Assembly: GCF_016127575.1 (NCBI RefSeq)
Contig: NZ_CP066018.1
Coordinates: 2,790,001-2,822,000, forward strand
DNA: 32,000 nucleotides
Direction of reading: 5' to 3'
Origin: Cupriavidus necator
Lineage (GTDB): Bacteria > Pseudomonadota > Gammaproteobacteria > Burkholderiales > Burkholderiaceae
Position numbers and translations under genes: made by a program. Positions 28,093 to 32,000 of this stretch are shown here, one piece after another (within the stretch, counting starts at the first letter, position 1; each line of letters begins with the position of its first letter). Below the pieces are notes generated by a model. It ran no database searches. It was not told the DNA's origin and worked only from the letters and a program-made list of their open reading frames with translations.

Positions 28093-28121
28093 ATATTAAA
28101 TGAGAATTGTTATCATTACAA
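28093..28121 (-). promoter_or_regulatory. Near-consensus sigma-70 promoter with an embedded Fur box, for hemP
   Basis: The minus strand reads TTGTAA - 17 nt - TAATAT. The spacer and flanks contain AATGAGAAT-T-GTTATCATT (28099-28117). This is a 9-1-9 near-palindrome matching the Fur consensus GATAATGATAATCATTATC class. Confidence 0.65.
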
Positions 28122-28217
28122 TAGCCTCTGACTAAGATTCGCGGAACGACCAAGTGCGGTTAGAAGGGGGCGCAAGAGGCGACGCAGCGCAGGCTGGCGC
28201 CATGACTCGGCGCCATC

Positions 28218-28253
28218 AACGACAAAGGGCACCCTGAGGTGCCCTTTGTCGTT
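28218..28253 (-). terminator. 16-bp perfect hairpin after exbD
   Basis: AACGACAAAGGGCACC-CTGA-GGTGCCCTTTGTCGTT, 24 nt downstream of the exbD stop. The T-rich stretch lies inside the 3' arm of the stem rather than after it. Confidence 0.55.
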
Positions 28254-28276
28254 CCGGAGCGCCTGGCGGCGCCCGC

Positions 28277-28690
<414 letters not shown>

Positions 28691-28711
28691 GATGACTTCC
28701 TTGCTTGCGGT

Positions 28712-29440
28712 TTAGCGCTGAGCCGCGGCCAGGCGCACGGTACCGTCCTCGGCGCGGGCGCCGGTGGGGCGCACGCGCGCGCCGGTGACGAAGTAGGCGT
28801 GCAGGTCGTGGGCAAAGCGGTTGAGCTTCGAGATCACCGACTTGTTGCCGCGGGTGAGGGCGTTATAGCCCAGCACGGCGGGAATTGCCACGGCCAGGCC
28901 GAAGGCGGTCATGATCAGCGCCTCGCCCACGGGACCGGCCACCTTGTCGATGGTCGGCACGCCCGAGGCGCCGATGCCGATCAGAGCGTGGTAGATGCCC
29001 CACACGGTGCCGAACAGGCCCACGAACGGTGCGGTCGAGCCCACCGAAGCCAGCACTGCCAGGCCCGATTGCATGTGCGCCACCGAGTCGTCGATGGAGC
29101 TCTTGAGCGAGCGGGTCAACCAGTCGGAGATATCCATCACGTCGTGCAGCTGCGGCTGGCTGGCGCGGTGGTGCTGGGCGGCCTCCTTGCCGGCGATGGC
29201 CAGCGTGCGGAACGGGTTGGAGTCGCCGGCGCCCAGGGTTTCGAGCGCGTGGTCGAAATCGTCCGAATGCCAGAAGCGCTTTTCCGCGCCGTGCGCCATC
29301 TTCTTCAGGCGCACCAGATCCCACGCCTTGGTAAGGATCACGATCCATGAGGCGAGCGACATGATCAGCAGAATGATCGCGGTCGCACGCATGACGAAGT
29401 CGCCTTGCGTCCAGAGGTGGGAGAGTCCGAGGTCCTGCAT
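28712..29440 (-). CDS. exbB: MotA/TolQ/ExbB proton-channel protein
   Basis: 242 aa with three TM helices. Conserved TAPFVGLFGTVWGI and EALIMTAFGLAVAIPAV blocks. Confidence 0.93.
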   Translation of the reverse strand: MQDLGLSHLWTQGDFVMRATAIILLIMSLASWIVILTKAWDLVRLKKMAHGAEKRFWHSDDFDHALETLGAGDSNPFRTLAIAGKEAAQHHRASQPQLHDVMDISDWLTRSLKSSIDDSVAHMQSGLAVLASVGSTAPFVGLFGTVWGIYHALIGIGASGVPTIDKVAGPVGEALIMTAFGLAVAIPAVLGYNALTRGNKSVISKLNRFAHDLHAYFVTGARVRPTGARAEDGTVRLAAAQR

Positions 29441-29502
29441 GTGTTGGTTCCTGGTGAGTTCGCTTGGTTTAGGTCAGATCAGAGATCGGAAATCTGGGGC
29501 GG

Positions 29503-30162
29503 TCAGTTCAGTTCGAAGCCAATCGGCTGCTGCGCCGTGACGGCGACGGCGCGGCCGTTGTCCATGTAAGGCTTGCAGCGCATGGCCTGCACGGCCTCTA
29601 CCGCGGCCTGGTCCAGGCGCGATGAACCGCTCGAGGATACGACGGAAGTCTTCACGACCTTGCCGCTTTCGTCGGTGGTCAGGCGCACCACGGCCTTGCC
29701 GGTCTCGCCCATGCGGCGTGACTGGGAAGGATACTTCGGTTGCGGCGCCGTGCACTGGATTTCGCCGATGCCGACCGCACGCGGCGCGGCGGATACCGGC
29801 GCCGGGGCGGGCTCAGGTGCCGGTGCCGGGGGTGCCGGCGGCGCGGGAGGAGCCTCGGGCGCGTTCGGTGTTGGCGGCAGGCTGGCTACCGGCTGCGGGG
29901 TTGGCTTGGGCTGCGGCGGGGTCGGCTTGGGCGTGGTCACCTTCACCTGCTTGGGCGGGGTTTCCTGCTTGGGCTTGGGTTTGGGCGGCTCCGGCGGGGC
30001 TTCCTGCTTGGGAGGCTCCAGCGGGATGATGCGCGCGACGATTTCCGGCGAGATCACCGCCTCGGTCAGCTTGCGGCCCAGGCCGCTTTGGATCAGGTAG
30101 AGCAGGCCGACGTGGAACAGCAGTACGGCGAGCGTAATCTTGAGGAAGCGTTGGTCGAACAT
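29503..30162 (-). CDS. tonB: Energy transducer TonB
   Basis: An N-terminal TM anchor (ITLAVLLFHVGLLYLI) is followed by a long Pro-rich spacer (PPKQEAPPEPPKPKPKQETPPKQ...PAPPAPPAPAPEP). The C-terminal TonB_C part reads YPSQSRRMGETGKAVVRL...V..SSGSSRLDQAA.EAV. No obvious SD precedes the ATG. Confidence 0.9.
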   Translation of the reverse strand: MFDQRFLKITLAVLLFHVGLLYLIQSGLGRKLTEAVISPEIVARIIPLEPPKQEAPPEPPKPKPKQETPPKQVKVTTPKPTPPQPKPTPQPVASLPPTPNAPEAPPAPPAPPAPAPEPAPAPVSAAPRAVGIGEIQCTAPQPKYPSQSRRMGETGKAVVRLTTDESGKVVKTSVVSSSGSSRLDQAAVEAVQAMRCKPYMDNGRAVAVTAQQPIGFELN

Positions 30163-30215
30163 GTGTCAACAACAAAAGTCTGCCAGCGGTGGCACCGCGG
30201 CGGCGCTGTGCGCCG

Positions 30216-30281
30216 TCACTTGCGATAAAACAGGATCAGCGAGATGCCGCAACCAACCAGCAGGCTAAGCAGCAATTCCAT
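30216..30281 (-). CDS. Candidate 21-aa hydrophobic micro-protein (MELLLSLLVGCGISLILFYRK) upstream of tonB
   Basis: Not in the ORF track because it is too short. Consensus SD AAGGAG (30290-30295) lies 8 nt before the ATG (30279-30281). It encodes a single TM-length hydrophobic stretch ending in a basic RK, with a TGA stop 53 nt before the tonB ATG. It lies downstream of the Fur box at 30355-30373. Confidence 0.3.
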   Translation of the reverse strand: MELLLSLLVGCGISLILFYRK

Positions 30282-30354
30282 GATAAACGCTCCTTCAACT
30301 GGGTTGCCGTGGGAGCGCCACTCTGGGGCAGCGTGTCAGCGGGCTAGTATAAAC

Positions 30355-30373
30355 GATAATGATTCTTATTTTT
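30355..30373. promoter_or_regulatory. Fur box in an AT-rich patch upstream of the micro-ORF/tonB-exbB-exbD
   Basis: GATAATGATTCTTATTTTT matches about 15/19 positions of the Fur consensus (GATAATGATTATCATTATC orientation). The first 10 nt are identical. Candidate -10 elements (TATACT, TAAGAAT on the minus strand) flank or overlap it. Confidence 0.5.
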
Positions 30374-30648
30374 TGTAATTTGTGCGTCGCAACTGGAATT
30401 TTCTGGCCCGGCACGTTATACCGGCAAGTCCAGGCAGCATTTCGGGAGGTGATGCAGCGGTGCATGCGCGCTGGCGCGCTCTGGCACTTTGCTGCGCTTC
30501 GGTGCCCCAGGCCACAATTGCCGGTGCCCGTGGCGCACAGGCATGCGCGGTCGGTACCAAAGCGCGCTAGCATAGGAAGAAACTGCAGACGTGGCGGTGC
30601 CCCGGTCGCGGCCCCGCCATCGCGCACAGCGCGCTCGGGGACCCGTTC

Positions 30649-32000
30649 ATGGACTTCACACGTTTTGCTGAAGATGACCGATCGACGATTCTGCGCTCCA
30701 TGCCTGGCACATCGTCCAGTTCAGCATTGGACTGGATGTGCGCGCAGTTTGCCCTGCGCGTGGTCTGCGCGCTGGGCCCGCGCTTCAACCTGCGCAGCAA
30801 TATCAACGATGTCCTGACCGTCAGCGCGCAGGAGATGGTGTGGCCGTACGGCGTGGTGCTGCGCGTGCAGCGCTTCCTGGCCGCGCGCTGCGCCGACATG
30901 CCCGCCTGGAAGGGCACCGCCCGCCTGACCCCTGAGGAATTCCTGGACCGCCACGGCCAATGGAACAGCGCTTTCGACGAAAGCGCGCTGTTCTATTACC
31001 TGGACGAGTACGTCAAGCACCACGCCAAGGACATGTTCGCCGTGTTCGATGCTTCGGCCGCTGCCATCGCCCAGCGCCTGGAAGGCGAGCGCGTACTGCT
31101 GGTGCGCAATATCGACATGCTCAGCCATGTGCTGGACCTGCCCGAGCACGAGCGCAAGCTGCTGCTGTACGCGGCGCTGGCCAAGTACAAGCGCGACCTG
31201 CGCGCGGTGATGGTCGACTGCAAGGTGGCGCACAGCCAGGAAGCGTTCCAGATCCTGGCCGGGCTGACCGGCGCCGGCGCGGCCGACGTGGCCGCCTCGC
31301 TGCGCCCGGGCTCGCGGCTGGAGACGCTGAACCTGATCGAACAGCCGCTGCCGGAAAACAGCGTGACCGACCTGGGCGACCTGATGCGGCTCTCGGACCG
31401 GCTGCTGCACGTGCTGCTGGGCAACTACGCCAACGAAGCCGAGATGATGGCGGTCTTCACCCGCCCGGCCGCGCCGCCCACGCTGACCACTGCCGACTAT
31501 CCCCATGTCGAGACCGACGCGCGCTACCTGTGCGCGCTGCTGTCCAATGCCACGCGCCAGCATGCGAGCGGAGTCAACGTGCTGATCTACGGGCCGCCCG
31601 GCACCGGCAAGACCGAGTTCGCGCGGCTGCTGGCGCGCGAGGCGGGCTGCGAGCTGTATGAAGTCGATTGCCTGGACCGCGACGGCAACAGCCTGTCGGG
31701 CAAGGACCGCTACCGCTCGCTGCAGGTGTCGCAGGCCTTCCTGCGCGGGCGTGCCCATACCGCGCTGCTGTTCGATGAGGTGGAAGACGTCTTCCCGGGC
31801 AGCGCGCGCGAGCTGATGAGCCTGTTCGGCCAGGAAGACACGCGCGCCTCGGTCAACGGCAAGGCCTGGGTCAACCAGACGCTAGAGCAGAACCCGGTGC
31901 CGGTGATCTGGATCTCGAATTCGATCCGGCAGATCGACCCGGCCTACCTGCGCCGTTTCCAGTTCCACCTGGAGCTGAAGATCCCGCCGCCGCTGGTGCG
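30649..32000 (+). CDS. AAA+ ATPase (classical AAA clade) with an uncharacterised ~300-aa N-terminal region; 3' end outside the window
   Basis: Open frame from the ATG at 30649 to the window edge (450 codons, absent from the track because there is no stop). Walker A VLIYGPPGTGKTEF, Walker B ALLFDEVEDVF, sensor-1 VIWISN, SRH/Arg-finger-like DPAYLRRFQFHLELKIPPP. High GC3 throughout. Confidence 0.85.
   Translation, partial: MDFTRFAEDDRSTILRSMPGTSSSSALDWMCAQFALRVVCALGPRFNLRSNINDVLTVSAQEMVWPYGVVLRVQRFLAARCADMPAWKGTARLTPEEFLDRHGQWNSAFDESALFYYLDEYVKHHAKDMFAVFDASAAAIAQRLEGERVLLVRNIDMLSHVLDLPEHERKLLLYAALAKYKRDLRAVMVDCKVAHSQEAFQILAGLTGAGAADVAASLRPGSRLETLNLIEQPLPENSVTDLGDLMRLSDRLLHVLLGNYANEAEMMAVFTRPAAPPTLTTADYPHVETDARYLCALLSNATRQHASGVNVLIYGPPGTGKTEFARLLAREAGCELYEVDCLDRDGNSLSGKDRYRSLQVSQAFLRGRAHTALLFDEVEDVFPGSARELMSLFGQEDTRASVNGKAWVNQTLEQNPVPVIWISNSIRQIDPAYLRRFQFHLELKIPPPLV

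Noticed and set aside
30359-30817. 152-aa plus-strand ORF starting in the AT-rich patch and overlapping the 5' end of the AAA+ gene out of frame.
   Set aside because: The translation is Arg/Cys/Ala-rich with no SD. Downstream it is out of frame with the much better supported AAA+ reading frame. The 30400-30648 portion shows no consistent codon bias that I could see.

Overview
High-GC (roughly two-thirds G+C by eye) betaproteobacterial chromosomal DNA. Gene order and protein sequences look like Cupriavidus/Ralstonia (Burkholderiaceae).

Positions 1-25.7 kb are conserved housekeeping core:
- fabD (partial)-fabG-acpP-fabF
- an rpoE-rseA/mucA-rseB/mucB-degP/mucD envelope-stress operon with a coupled glutaredoxin-like gene
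- lepA-lepB-DUF4845-rnc-era-recO-pdxJ-acpS-nagZ
- earP-efp on the minus strand (the Arg32 EF-P rhamnosylation pair)
- uvrC-pgsA
- a tRNA-Gly(GCC) x2 + tRNA-Cys(GCA) cluster behind a near-consensus promoter
- a CPA2-type cation/proton antiporter
- a divergent yeiE-like LysR / yeiH pair
- tRNA-Leu(UAA)

Positions 25.8-32 kb are less ordinary:
- three small, separately terminated genes: a secreted Pro/Tyr/Gly-rich protein with a His-Gly tail, a secreted mini-protein built from five 12-residue GKxDPYTDGA(R/K) repeats, and a GlcG/DUF336 protein
- a hairpin-dense 270-bp convergent spacer
- an orphan Fur-boxed hemP-family gene
- a tonB-exbB-exbD operon preceded by a second Fur box and an unlisted 21-codon hydrophobic micro-ORF with a consensus Shine-Dalgarno (SD)
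- the 5' 450 codons of an AAA+ ATPase with an uncharacterised N-terminal domain, running off the window

I saw no CRISPR array, transposase, integrase or rRNA. The many long antisense ORFs in the track are high-GC artefacts. All family assignments come from reading motifs and synteny by eye; no database search was run.
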